Source: Orbicella franksi
Lineage: Eukaryota
Reading direction: 5' to 3'
Length of the DNA stretch: 64,000 bases
Assembly: GCA_964199315.1 (NCBI GenBank)
Contig: OZ116698.1
Location: forward strand, 5,208,001-5,272,000
The position numbers and the translations under genes are program-made. Under the pieces are notes generated by a model, which was given only the letters and a program-made list of their open reading frames with translations, had not been told where the DNA came from and ran no database searches. Shown one piece after another: positions 1 through 12,429 of this stretch (position 1 is its first letter; each line of letters opens with the position of its first letter).

Positions 1-652
1 AGGTCTTATTGACACATATTCGTAAATGTAATGATATTGAAGGTTTCCTTCTCCCTGGAGCGGGGCGCCTTCAATATAAAATTTCACAGTACGCTGATGA
101 TGCCACTAGTATTTTGAAATCTAAAGGACCTCTTTGTTCTCTTCTTAGTGTTGTACATAAGTTTTGAGCAAGGTTTGGGTGCCAAATTGAATACTTCTAA
201 GTCGGAAGCAATGTGGCTTGGGAGGTGGCGTGCGAGGGGGGATTCCTGCTTCGGCCTTAAGTGAGTTAATAAGATGAGGGTTTTGGGTGTCTTTTTTTCT
301 AATGGTTTAGTCGGTGCTGATCATGATAACTGGCAATCTAAACTTGATAAACTTAACTCAATTTTGAATCTTTGGAAACAGAGAGATCTTTCTTCTGTAG
401 GCAGAGCCTTAATTGTTAATGTACTGGGTGTGAGTCACCTATGGCATGTTGCTAAAGTCACTCCTCCGCCCCACTGGGTGTATGATAAATTTAAGTGTAT
501 TTTGTGGCCCTTTATTTGGAAGGGCAAAATGGGAAATGTCAGTCGCTATCGTTGTTGTGCGCCCCTAGCATCTGGGAGCCCTAATATTGTTAATTTTGAA
601 GTCAAGTGTGCTAGTTTGTGCCTTTTCAATTTTTTAAGGAGGGAGAGCTGAC
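1..652 (+). pseudogene. Tx1-clade ORF2 remnant (end of RT domain and downstream region), family C
   Basis: Reads QYADDATSIL...LNTSKSEAMWLG...LNSILNLWKQRDLS with stops and frameshifts; closely similar to 41080-41750; joined abruptly to a different family at ~652. Confidence 0.85.
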
Positions 653-2842
653 TGTTCTTGAATGTCACGCTGCTCTTTTACAAATGGCATCGGGTAAATC
701 ACCGGGAACAGATGGCTTTCTGGCCGAATTTTATTCCCCGTTTTGGGGTCTTCTCGGACGGATTTAATGGATACGCTCAATGTTTCTTTCTGCGAAGGTT
801 TTCTTTTGGCGTCGCAATGCCGGGGAATTCTGCATTTACTGTTTAAGAAAGACGATCCTTCATTGCTAAAGAATTGGCGTCCTATCTCGCTTTTGAACCT
901 TAACTATAAGATTGCGACAAAAGCCTTGTCCAATCGTATACGCAAGGTTCTCCCTAATATCCTCAGTGAGGATCAAACCTGTGGCTTCCCTGGTCACAGT
1001 ATATTTGAAAACCTTTTCCTTTTATGGGACACCATCGATTTCGTCTGGTTTAAACAGCTGCCTGCAGCTGTTATTAGCCTAGACTACGACAAAGCTTTTG
1101 ATCGGGTTAACCACATTTTCCTTCGTGTTCTCAAGAAATTTAATTTCGGCCCAGACTTCCACCACTGGGTTCGAGTGATTTACATGGATATAACCTCCTC
1201 GGTAATAAACAATGGCTGGCTTTCCTCGCGTTTTTCCCTCCAGCAACAGGTTAGCCAGGGTTGTCTGCTTTCACCCCTTTGATATTGCCTTGTGGTTGAA
1301 ACTCTAGGTCAAGCCATTCGACGCAATACGAGCATACAGGGAATTCAAATCCCGGGCTCTAAAAATAAACAATGTAAAGTGTCTCAGTATGCTGATGACA
1401 TGACTTTAATATTAGCTAATGATTACTCAATAACACGCGCTTTTAATCTTGTTAACATTATCAAGCAGGCATCAAGCTCGCGGCTTAACCCCAAAAAAAC
1501 AGAGGGCTTATGGGTTGGCTCTCAAGCCAGGCGTACCTCAGGACCTGTTAACATCACCTGGGTTGCCGATAAGCTTAAAATCCTCAGTATTTATCTTGGT
1601 AACACTAACCTTGACCAAGCTAACTGGGCTGATTGGGTGTCTAAACTTGAAAAATGCCTTAACCTCTTACACACTAGGACCTTGTCCTCAAAGGGCAAGT
1701 CCATGATAATAAACATGCTCGGAGCCTCTGGCCTCTGGTACACGGCCACAGTGGTCAATATGCCGGACTGGGTTAACACAAGTGTCCAAAGCAATTTGGA
1801 CCTTTTTGTGGTATGGGAAAACCGAACTAGTAAAATGGGATACCTGTCAACCCCCCTGGCAACACAGTGGTTTATCCATAGTAAATCCTCTTGAGAAATC
1901 GCGTGCCCTCAAACTCAGATGGGTCCCCCTGTGGGTGATTTATTGTGCGAGAAAAAATGGGTCTTTTTCACGCGTTATTGGATCGGCTTTCCCTTGAGCT
2001 GCCGCATGAAAAACTGGGCGTTTCTACAATCCAACGAGGTTCCCAAACACCTAGGGGATGCCAAGCCCCCTATTTACCGAGCTGTTCTCACCATGGTTGA
2101 ACGGATCGGGGTGGATTTCAATCTACTCCCCAACTACAGTGTCAAGACCTTTTATTCAAGGCTCATCTCCCCTGCCCCCCAGCAGCTGCTCTGCGCTTCC
2201 CCTCCTCATTTAATTGGGATAGCATCTGGGGTAACATTTGCAGTGGTCTTAGAACGAACTGGGAATATGACAATGTGTGGCGGATCGCTCACAGCATGGT
2301 CAAGACGCGGGCATACCTAAAGTCCTGGCGTCGACTGGCTGTGGGTGATCAGTGTGCGGGATGTGGCAAAAAAGAAACCATTTCCCACGCTTTCTGCGCA
2401 TGCCGCCTAGTGTCCCGTTTGTGGAGGTGGGTGTCAAAACTGATTAATAAACTTTACGACAGCTATTTTATTAACAAACCCTTTAATTTTATTTCGCCAC
2501 GGACTCCCCCGTGACAAATCATTTTATTTTTTTAACGAACTTAGCTCTTTGCTCATAAAACTTACCCTAAATGAATTGTGGGCCGCTCGGAATCTTGTCG
2601 TTTGCGAGTCTTAACGACCCTCAGTTCAAACAATCATCTCCAAAATTAAAACACATATCCGCCATCCCATCAATACCGCTCATCATATCTCACCTGGGCC
2701 TGATTTCCTCAAATCATGGACCCACTAAAACGTTCTGTGTTCCTATGTGAACCAAAAATTAATTGTACCTATTTAAGTACTACGTCTCTTCCTGTGCTGG
2801 GTCTCCTTAATTGGTGCACTGCACGGAAGTCTTTCTTTTTAA

Positions 2843-5371
2843 CCCTTAACATACTAAGTGGACATGTGTCCAGATAAATACAGCCTCACTTTCGGCGAGC
2901 TCCAAGTTCACTTTCTAGGGCCTGGAAGCTAAGAACCCGTTTTGGGTAGGCTTACACAAAGTGTTTTTCTAAAATATCAAAGATTTGGCCGAATTTGGGT
3001 TGATTTAAAGGAAATTTTTGCAGTTTGTTTTGTTAACACATTGTATACATGGGCGATTTAAAAATGGCGGCTGCTAAAAATGATGCTTTGCTAAATTCTG
3101 ACCCTGGAAGTCGTCAAAGCGGTGTCAATATTCTATTTGTTGACGAAGACGAGTTGCCTTTGGCATATTTAACGGAGCACCGAGTCTCTGAGGATGAGTT
3201 TTTGGCAGATGAGTCGGAATCTAGCCAAGAGGAGTCTGATGAACAGGACACGGATGAGGATGTGGAGGAAAATGACTGGTCTGAGGATATCAATCGAAGG
3301 GAAGATGTAGAATTTCAAGAAGAGGTTGGAATAAATGTTGATTTTGAAAACCTTGGATCTTGCCTCGATTTCTTTTTGCTGTTCTTCACTGAAGAGGTAT
3401 GGCAGTTTCTAGTTAAACAAACTAATTTATATGCAGGACAGAAAAGGGGCCTTGAAGAAAGTTCTGTCTGGTATCCGGTGACAAGAGATGAAATGAAAGC
3501 TTGGGCCAGCTTGTATCTAAACGTGGGTTTAATCACCAAACCAAACCTTAGCTCATATTGGAGCACAGATCCAGCTCTTAGCTCTCGATTTTTCCCTGCC
3601 ATAATGTCCAGGGATCGATTTTTCCAGATTTTGCAATACTTGCATTTTGCCGACAACACCCAGGCACCCAGGGCTGACTCTGAATTACAATAAATTATAC
3701 AAGCTTGAGCCATTTCTGGACCTAGTAATACCAAGGTTTCAGCAAGTATATAAGCCTAACAGGCAGCTTGCCATTGATGAAACTTTGATAAAATTCAAAG
3801 GTAAAGTGCATTTTAGGCAGTTCATTCCAATCAAGCCCGGGAGATTTGGAATCAAAGCATTTACACTTGCTGAATCTACTAGTGGTTATTTGCTAAATAG
3901 CAAGATTTATACCGGTAAGGAAGATGATGGAGTCCAGAGAGACTTAGGTCGAAAAGCTGTCATGTCTGTGATTGAGCCATACCTAGACAGGGGATATTAC
4001 GTCTTCATGGATAATTACTATACGTCAGTTACTTTGTTTGAGGAACTTGATGAAAGGAAAACCCTAGCATGTGGGACAGGTAGATCCAACAGGTCAGGCC
4101 TACCAAAAGCAATATGTGGTCTGAAAGAAAAGAAAGTCAAACAGCTAAAAAGGGGAGAGAGTTTGTTCAGGCAGAAAGGAAGTGTGACATGCGTGACATG
4201 GCATGACCGAAAACCAGTGAGTGTTTTGGCCACCACTCCCACAAGTAAAATTGATCAAAGTGCTGTCCAGTGCTCTGTCAAGGTCAATGGAACTTGGGAA
4301 AAGAGGGACTTTGCTAGGCCAGGTGTAATTAACCTATATAATAGTTACATGGGTGGTGTGGATTTGTCAGACCAAAGGGTTGTTTCATACGCCCGACTTA
4401 TGAGGGGAGTAGTCTGGTATTTCAAGGTTTTCTTTTACACGATTGAAGTGTGTATTTCAAACGCACACATCTTGCACTGTAAATCTCCTAATCATGCCAG
4501 CATTTCCAGTCTTGAGTTCAGAAAGTCAGTGCTTAAGGCATTAGTTGAAGGCAAATGCTTCAGGAGACACACAGGATTACAGCAGATCCCTGTCACTATC
4601 CCTCACATTAGATTTAACCGTGATCATTTCCATCACCTCATAAGTCATGACACCAGATCTACCTGTAAGCTGCACATTCAACAAGTGAGGACCATATACA
4701 CCCTGTGCTGTTTGTGGAGTTAGAATGTGTTCAGAACCTTGCTTCCAAAGATACCATACAGAACAAAACTATTACTTTGATGACAACTGTTATAATGGTC
4801 CCAGACGACTGAAAGAGGGAGGAGGGAGGCCTTTTTAAAGGGGATGAAGGAGATTGCTATGGAATTAACATGTTAGGGACAGTGGATGTGTCTTAAATGA
4901 ATAAGTGAAATAGAACATGATATGGATTTAGCTGATTGAGACTGACTAAAACTGTTTCTCTTGTCAGAATTTTCATATTTTTACCTTTTCATAGTCAGCC
5001 ATGCAAGTACTGATTTCTCATCTTTTTATTAGAAAGACACTTTTAAAACCTTTTTTCTTTTCAATTCTAACTTGTAAAAGATCAGGTGTTGGAGAAACAT
5101 GGATATAAATGTAATTCTTCTCTTCTTTACATATGATGTTTTATAATCTTCTGAAAATTAGCATAATTATGCAAATTATGCAACTCATGGTGTCACATGA
5201 TTTCATATATCCCATAATTTTGTAATCTTATATGAACACGAATTTTAAGCTCTTTATAAATATATATGGTTTTATGAGGTTTCTGTGTAATGTTTTTGCT
5301 TAGCATGCCTTAGAAGGCAGAGGGCTTGTATTCTCTTAAAATAACCCCACCCCCTCATAGTATGCAAAGGG
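2843..5371 (+). mobile_element. piggyBac DNA transposon
   Basis: TTAA (2839-2842)-CCCTTAACATACTAAG ... CATAGTATGCAAAGGG-TCAA (5372-5375); imperfect 16-bp TIR (13/16); inserted in the family B1 3' UTR. Confidence 0.85.
3049..4838 (+). pseudogene. piggyBac transposase (DDE_Tnp_1_7 type) with frameshifts at ~3690 and ~4700
   Basis: Acidic N-terminus; FTEEVWQFLVKQTNLYA; AIDETLIKFKG..RQFIPIKPGRFGIK; FMDNYYTS; YNSYMGGVDLSDQ; C-terminal Cys-rich CAVCGVRMCSEPCF after a frameshift. Confidence 0.9.
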
Positions 5372-5786
5372 TCAATGCAAAACTCGTAATGCAATTTTAT
5401 TTTTCCTAGTTACACTGTGCTTGGTCTCCTTCATTGGTGCACTGCACAGTGGTTTTTACAGTTTTATTTTTCATCCCGCTAAACATAATCCCTAGCTCTC
5501 TATACATCATTTTACTTCTATTTACACATTCAATTATTTTCCCGAATTTCCACTCTGCTGGGTCTCCTTCATTGGTGTCCTGCACAGCAGTTTGCTCTAT
5601 TTATATTAATGTAGGGGGTCTGGGGCGAGAAAGGTCTCAGGCTCTTTTATTATTATCATAATAGACATCATAAAACCCTTAATTTCATGATTTTAGGATG
5701 ATTCCAATTACTGTACTTACCGTAATTCTCAATCAATGTAAATTAGAAATATGTTTGTACAAATAAACTTTGATTTCCAAAAAAAA

Positions 5787-5940
5787 GTATCTGTTCTTAT
5801 CAGCTTAATATCTGATATGCTGCTCATTAAGCAGCTCATAGATTAAACTGATTTTTGGAACTGGGCTGTGGAAAAGAGGCTTGCCTCGTCCCAGCCACGG
5901 GTTGCCTCGGTATAGCACTACCTCCGAGTGCGGCCCACTT
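5787..5940 (+). ncRNA. U2: U2 snRNA, 3' portion (nt ~36 to the end)
   Basis: GTATCTGTTCTTATCAGCTTAATATCTGATA, Sm site GATTTTTGG, 3' stem-loop GTTGCCTCGGTATAGCACTACCTCCGAG; directly follows a retroelement A-tail. Confidence 0.95.
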
Positions 5941-6170
5941 CCCCTCGGGGAAGAAACCTTCATTCAATCAAAGAAAGAAATCAAAGAAAGCCTCCTCCTG
6001 ACACTAATGTCTGGCGTTTTTCTCTGTCGGAAGGCACAGTCTGAGGAGGGAAGCTACTGTAGAGCCACCTAGAAGTGAGGCTGGAGGTTCTAGCATACCC
6101 ACAAAGCACTACCACAAGGATATAGAGTTAAGGAGGTTTGCCTTTGGCGGCCCCCTCGTAAAGAATGTTC

Positions 6171-6189
6171 ATACTTACCTGACGCGGGA
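6171..6189 (+). ncRNA. U1: U1 snRNA 5' fragment (nt 1 to ~19)
   Basis: ATACTTACCTG is the invariant U1 5' end; it lies ~230 bp downstream of the U2 3' end; the following sequence has no U1 stem-loop I GATCA loop and is shared with 18067+. Confidence 0.75.
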
Positions 6190-6426
6190 GTGTATGGCCG
6201 GAGGCCCTACCATTTTGGTGCGGTTTTTCGTGACCCTCTTCAGTTTTTTGGTAAGTTTGCCAGTTTGATCTGGTTTTTTGGCTGTTTTTTAGCCGCCATA
6301 TTTCCTTCGGGTCTTCTTGTTGGCTTAGGGTCACCCATCCGGAATCTTGTTTTTGATAGTTAAGCCGGGTCACCCATCCAGTTGGGCTTAACTTGGTAGG
6401 GTCACCCATCCATCTGGGCCCCGGCC

Positions 6427-6609
6427 TGTTCGGAACTGAAATTTTGTGTTCATTTTGTGTAAGGCGCGTTGCCTATTTACCGAGTGGAGACTAGGTCTGA
6501 GTGATGACATGTTGTAAACGAAGAAACGTGAGCTGGACGTTCGGGTCGAAGAGCAGATGAATATTGATATAAATTTTGTTGCGTTTATGGAATAAATCGT
6601 TCATTTTCA
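6427..6609 (+). repeat. BEL 5' LTR
   Basis: TGTTCGGAAC...CATTTTCA with AATAAA near its end; 6 differences from 12247-12429 by manual alignment. Confidence 0.97.
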
Positions 6610-6627
6610 TGGTCCTTCGAGCCGGAT
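6610..6627 (+). promoter_or_regulatory. Primer-binding site complementary to the tRNA-Tyr 3' end
   Basis: TGGTCCTTCGAGCCGGAT is the reverse complement of ATCCGGCTCGAAGGA-CCA, directly after the 5' LTR. Confidence 0.85.
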
Positions 6628-6846
6628 ATTGGATTTGGAGAAACAGTTTCGACGATTGGTCGAGCAAAAGGAGAGTTGGATCCGTTTATTACTGCGAAGA
6701 AGTTGGTTTTCGCATATTGGCGATTTGGCGCCAAACAAACCACATGTGTATTGCATCAGCACTTTGAACGAGAGGAACTTCTGTGAATGTGCAGACCTGT
6801 AATTGTTGCGATTATATGAGGTTAGTAAAATTTGTGGTCTTTCAAA

Positions 6847-9800
6847 ATGTCGAAAGATTTAGAAGTTATCAAGAAAAAGAGAAAATTCCTGAGAAAATCT
6901 GTCACAGACACGTTGAAGTTAATCGACGAAGCCCTGTCACAACAAGATAATTATGCACGAGTTCAAGTGTTGAAAGATAATGTCACAAGTGCAGTGACTT
7001 GCAGGAAGTGCAAGCCACGATGTGCACAATGTTAGAGGATGAAGAGATCGAGGTGGAATGTGAGAGCCATAATGAATACGAAGCGCGTGTAATTGAAAGC
7101 ATGGCCAAAATGACAAGTTATTTGGCAAGTAAACAAGTTCCGGAAGTACAATTGTTAGGAAGCAATCCACCCGTATCCCAGTCGTCCTCTCAAGTACAAG
7201 TTAAGCTACCCAAGATTAATCTACCAACCTTTGATGGAAATGTTTTGAGCTGGCAACCCTATTATCAGTCGATAAAAGTTTCAGTGGTTGACAATCCGTT
7301 GTTGGCAGATGTCCAAAAATTAGAGTACTTGATGAGATCGCTAAAGGGTTCGGCTGCTGAAGCGGTGAAAGGTTTTGCGGTGGTACAAGCGAATTACAAG
7401 ACAGTTTTGGAAATCTTGAAGGAAAGATTCGGGCATGCAAGGTTAATACTTGATGCACATGCAAGATCCTTGATCCATTTGCCACGTTTGAGCTCTGATG
7501 ATGCAACTTCCATGCGTAAATTCTACGATGAAGTGATAGGTCACGTTCGCTCTGTTGAGTCCTTTGGTGAAAAGTTTAATTCTGAAACTTTGGCTCCAGT
7601 TCTTGTGCCTCTAATAGTTGACAAGCTGCCAAAAAAAGTTGTGGAAAAATGGAAATTGGAGCTTAATGAGGAGAAAGCTAAACAGGACTGTGTGGAAGTG
7701 AAAATACTGTTTACTTTCTTGGAGCAATTGATAAGAGCTAAAGAGTCTTCACAGCCTCCTTCTCTTGATTCCAAAGCTCCGGCAAAGGAAAATCTTGGAA
7801 ATCGTGAAAACCGTTTCAAGTTTAACCGGTCACAAAAATTATCCACCTCTGCATTATGTGCGGCAACGCAAGAGGGCAAGTGTGTCATTTGCTACAAAAA
7901 CCATGGTTTGAAGTCATGTGTCACTTTTCTGTCATTACCTGTGAAAGAAAGATTCAGAAAAGCAACGTCTAAAGGCCTGTGTTTCCGATGCCTTGAACCT
8001 GGTCATAGAGCCGAAGTGTGCCAGAAACCTCCATGCAAGCATTGCCAAGGTAGACATCACAGTCTCCTGCATCAGGATTCAGCTCGTCCTCCCTTGGAAG
8101 AAGTCAAGGTGGAATCAGCCCCGGAATTACTACCCTCGTCGTCAGGTCCTGCTTTGCCGTCCTCAGTTGTGGCAAATTCTGTTGCAGTGAGCTCAGGTGG
8201 AAAAGTGATCCTGCAGACCATACCAGCTATTTTGTGTGGATCAAATGGGTGTTCAAAAGTTGTGAGATGTTTCTTTGATCCTGGTTCTCAAACGTCGTTT
8301 GTTCGGCAGAGTGTAATTGATGAGCTTGGTCTTGATGGGAAGAGTGTCAAAATTGCTGTTTCTGGATTTGGTGGAGAGGCCACCAAGAGCACTTTGCGGA
8401 AGAGAACTGCGTTTACTGTGGTACCTATTGACAAATCTGGACAGCCTCAATGTATTGAGGCACTTACTACACCAGTAATATGCCGGCCAGCTGAAGCTGT
8501 GGATATTCATCCAACAAGATGGTGTCACCTTCGAAACATAGCATTTCCTGAAGAATTCCCTAGAGAGGAACAAGAGATTGATGTGCTTATTGGCTTGGAT
8601 TTCTATTATTCCTTTGTGACAAGAGACATTGTAAGAGGGGGTTCCCGTGAGCCAGTTGCAGTTCGCACAACTTTGGGTTGGGTCTACTGTGGGCCAACAG
8701 GTGGTCATGGCCAAGAATGCACTGTGTCTATGAATGTTCAAATTAGTGTTGAAGAACAATTGAATGAAACACTTCAAAAGTTCTGGGATTTGGAGTCCAT
8801 TGGTGTCAGACTTGCTGAAAGTTCAATTTCTACTACTCATGCAGAAGATGTGGTCTTGAAGAAGTTTAAAGAGACACTAACATACAATGATGGTCGCTAT
8901 GAAGTATCCTTACCATGGAAGGAAGATTGCATTTCATTGAAAGATAATTACCGGCAAGCGGAAAGTAGGTTGTACAATCTAGAAAAGAAGTTGCTCCATG
9001 AGCCAGTGAAAGCTGCATTGTACAGAGAAGCGATTAACAAGTATGTTGAGAACGGTGTTGCTGAAGAAGTACCTTGTGATGAAATTACACCAACAGATGG
9101 GCGTCCGGTGTTCTATCTCCCTCATCATGCGATCATCAGGGAAGACAAGCAGACAACCAAGACAAGAGTTGTGTTTGATGCATCAGCGAAAGATAGCAAT
9201 GGTGTCTCTCTGAACAGCTGCTTAGAGCCAGGCCCAGCATTACAGCCAGATTTGGTCGGAATTCTTCTGCGTTTTCGAAAGAATTATGTTGGTATCATGG
9301 GTGACATAGAGAAGATGTTCTTGCAGATTCGGTTAAAAGAAGAAGACAGAGATTCACACCGGTATCTGTGGAGAGATTTGGACCCCAAGGCCATGCCTAA
9401 GTTTTACAGAATGACAAGGGTCACATTTGGAGTTGTTTCCAGTCCGTTTCTTGCCATTGGCACTATTCAAGAGCATGTGAAAAGGTGTAAAGAAACATTC
9501 CCTGTTGCATCAAATGAAATCTTGAGGAACACTTATGTTGATGACTTTGCTTCAGGGAGAGACAATGTGCAGGAAACGCTGAAATTACAGCGAAGTGCTA
9601 CTGAGCTTATGCAGAAAGCTGCCTTTAATTTGACAAAATGGTCAAGCAATTCATCTGAGCTTATGGAGGCCATACCAGAGAGGGACAGAGCAGCAGTTAG
9701 TCTTGTCAGCCTGGAAAGTGATCTAGCAGAAGCACATCCAATCACAAAAGCATTAGGATTAAAGTGGAATACACTTACTGACAACCTTGTCTTTACAATT

Positions 9801-12150
9801 GATGTGGACATTGTTAAGTCGAGATCAAAGACAGTGTACACTAAAAGAAAGGTGGCGTCTTTAGCAGCAAAGATATTTGATCCGATTGGTCTAATCGCAC
9901 CCTTTTCAGTGAGGTCAAAATTAATTCTTCAAAGCTTGTGGACAAAGGGTGTTGGATGGGATGAGGAAATTCCCATGGAAGTCTCATCGAAATGGAATCA
10001 GTGGGTTCAAGAGATTTCTGAACTTGGACACCTTCAAATTTCTAGATGTTACACTGATTTGCCATTAGGTCAGAACCCCAAAGTAGAGCTACACGCATTT
10101 GGTGATGCGTCAGAAGTTGCTTATGCCTCTGCAGTTTATCTGAGAGTTGTTTGTGAAGATGGAAGGGTATCTACCAGTCTTGTGATGTCCAAGACCCGAG
10201 TGGCTCCTGTAAGGAAGATTACCCTACCGCGCTTAGAGTTGATGGCTGCTGTAATTACTGTTAGACTTTGCACCTATGTCAAAGGTGCAATAGATTGTCC
10301 CATTAGCCGCATTGTTTGTTGGACAGACAATTCTTCAACGTTACACTGGATTAGAGGAGCAGCCTCACAGTGGAAACCATTTGTTGCTAATCGTGTTATT
10401 GAAATTCAGTCGTTGCTGGATCCCAGTGTTTGGAGGTATTGTCCAGGACCGCAGAACCCAGCTGATCTACCTACCCGAGGTTTATCTGCAAGTCAGTTAC
10501 GAGAGAGTCATTTGTGGTGGAAAGGACCCTCTTGGTGGCAAGAGTCCGAAAAAGATTGGCCCAAGGATTTAAGGTCAAAACCCTCCAGTGAAATTGTTAA
10601 CCCAGAGAGGAAGAGTAAAGCTAGTGTCAGTTGTGTTGTGCAACCCAAAGAGCCGTTTATTGACTTCACAAGATTCAGCAAGTATAGTCGCTTGCTAAGA
10701 ACTGTTGCTTGGATCAGAAGATTCGTTAGCAACTCAAGAGTGAAAGAAGAGGAAAGAATTGACAGCCCTTTAACTGGTTTAGAGATACAAAATGCAGAAG
10801 AATGGTTGATATCTCATGTACAAGAAGCAGGTTTTCCTGAAGAAATTGCGTCATGTAAACAGCATGGTCCAGTGAAGGACAGCAACCTTGCCAATTTAAA
10901 CCCGTTTATGTGTCCAACTAGTCATTTTCTTCGTGTTGGAGGAAGAATTGACAAGTCACTGTTGCCAGAAGAGGAGAAACATCCTATTATCCTGCCTTCT
11001 AACCATCCTGTTGTTAAGTTGTTAATTGATGATATTCACAGCCGTGAACTACATGCTGGAGTTGAACACACTTTGTCACTTTTGCGACAGAGATTTTGGG
11101 TGATCAAGGGACGATCGACCGTCCGTCAGACACTAAGGAACTGTCTAATTTGTCGCCATTACCAAACAAAACCCTTTGGTCAGCAGATGGCACCACTTCC
11201 TGAAGACAGAATTAAGCCTACACCACCGTTCACTAACGTGGGTCCAGACTTTGCTGGTCCTTTGTATTTGAAAGACAGTGGTGAAAAAGTCTATATCTGT
11301 TTATTTACATGTGCAGTTACCCGTGCAATACACTTGGAGTTGGTATGTGATATGACAACTGAGCGATTTCTCCTTGCTCTTAGACGGATGATTGCAAGAA
11401 GAGGAATGTGCAGCATTATTTGGTCAGATAATGCAAAAACTTTTAAGGCTGCCAACAAGGAGCTACAGCGATGTTGGAGAGTATTGGAATCAGACCAGAC
11501 CCAAAGTGCTGTCTGAAAAGAAGATTCAGTGGAAGTTCATTGTGGAAAAAGCCCCATGGTAGGGTGGCTTTTATGAACGTCTTGTAAAGAGTGTCAAGAC
11601 GCCACTGAAGAAACTATTTGCCAAAGCAATGTTGGATGCCGAGCAGTTAACTACTATTTTAGCTGAAATTGAAGCACAGCTGAACAGTCATCCTCTTACT
11701 TACCTTGGTGCAGACCCTGATGACTACAGTGTGATTACCCCTGCACAGATTTTGATTGGCAGGAATCTTCAAGCGTGTCCGACTAAAGACACTCATGTTT
11801 CAGAACAGACCTCAAGAGCCCTCACCAAACGTTTTCAGTATCACCAGAAGCTTGTAAATGGATTTTGGAAGCGTTGGCATGCAGAGTACCTAAAATCCCT
11901 GACACCTGTCAAGAAATGGTACAAGATTGGTCGTGAAATCTGCAAAGGTGACTTGGTCCTAGTAAGTGAGGATCGTGTAGCTCAGGGTCAGTGGTCACGT
12001 GCACGAGTGGAAGACACCCACACAGGCCGTGACGGTCTTGTCCGGTCCGTTACCCTGCGGACCTCATCTGGAAGTCTTACCCGTCGTCCAGTACAGCGGT
12101 TACACCTGTTTGAAAGCTCTGATGCTGACTTAGCTGCTGAACTTAATTGA
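6847..12150 (+). pseudogene. BEL/Pao gag-pol polyprotein with a few lesions (frameshifts ~6995 and ~11510, stop ~11559)
   Basis: KLPKINLPTFDG gag motif; Cys/His knuckles; FFDPGSQTSF protease; YVDDF RT; HAFGDASEVAY RNase H; GPDFAGP and IWSDNAKTF integrase; 1505-aa open stretch at 6999-11516. Confidence 0.95.
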
Positions 12151-12235
12151 ACTTTATGAGACCTTGTTGAACATTTTAGTTGAACTCTATTGAACTTGGT
12201 TGACAAGTTACATGTAGTGATGCACTCCCTGCATC

Positions 12236-12246
12236 GGGCGGGAGGA
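12236..12246 (+). promoter_or_regulatory. Polypurine tract of the BEL element
   Basis: GGGCGGGAGGA directly before the 3' LTR. Confidence 0.8.
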
Positions 12247-12429
12247 TGTTCCAAACTGAAATTTTGTGTTCATTTTGTGTAAGGCACGTTGCCTATTTAC
12301 CGAGTGGAGACTAGGTCCGAGTGATGACATGTTGTAAACGAAGAAATGTGAGCTGGACGTTCGGGTCGAAGAGCAGATGAATATTGTTATAAATTTTGTT
12401 GCGTTTATGGAATAAATCGTTCATTTTCA
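12247..12429 (+). repeat. BEL 3' LTR
   Basis: TGTTCCAAAC...CATTTTCA followed by TSD CGGCC. Confidence 0.97.

Larger units (their letters stand above)
653..5786 (+). mobile_element. 3' part of a U2-associated (Keno-like) Tx1 retrotransposon, family B1, interrupted by piggyBac
   Basis: Fragmented ORF2 653-~2760 (NWRPISLLN, DQTCG, QGCLLSP, QYADD, C-terminal Cys motif CAGCGKKETISHAFCAC); 3' UTR; AATAAA at ~5762, then an A8 tail at 5779-5786 fused to U2 nt ~36 onward. Confidence 0.85.
6427..12429 (+). mobile_element. BEL/Pao LTR retrotransposon, near complete
   Basis: Two 183-bp TG...CA LTRs; 5-bp TSD CGGCC at 6422-6426 and 12430-12434; domain order gag-protease-RT-RNase H-integrase. Confidence 0.97.

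Noticed and set aside
5413-5451. SECIS, IRE or histone stem-loop identity for the conserved 3' UTR hairpin
   Set aside because: It lacks the AUGA/GA quartet, a CAGUGN apical loop and the histone stem-loop consensus.
5607-5660. Twister-like words (TAA...GGTCTCAGGC) in the B1 3' UTR
   Set aside because: The pseudoknot partners and the P1/P2 3' strands are not present.
6109-6127. PSE for the U1 fragment (CTACCACAAGGATATAG at about -62)
   Set aside because: Only the first 6 nt resemble the U2 PSE and there is one copy, which is too weak to list as a feature.
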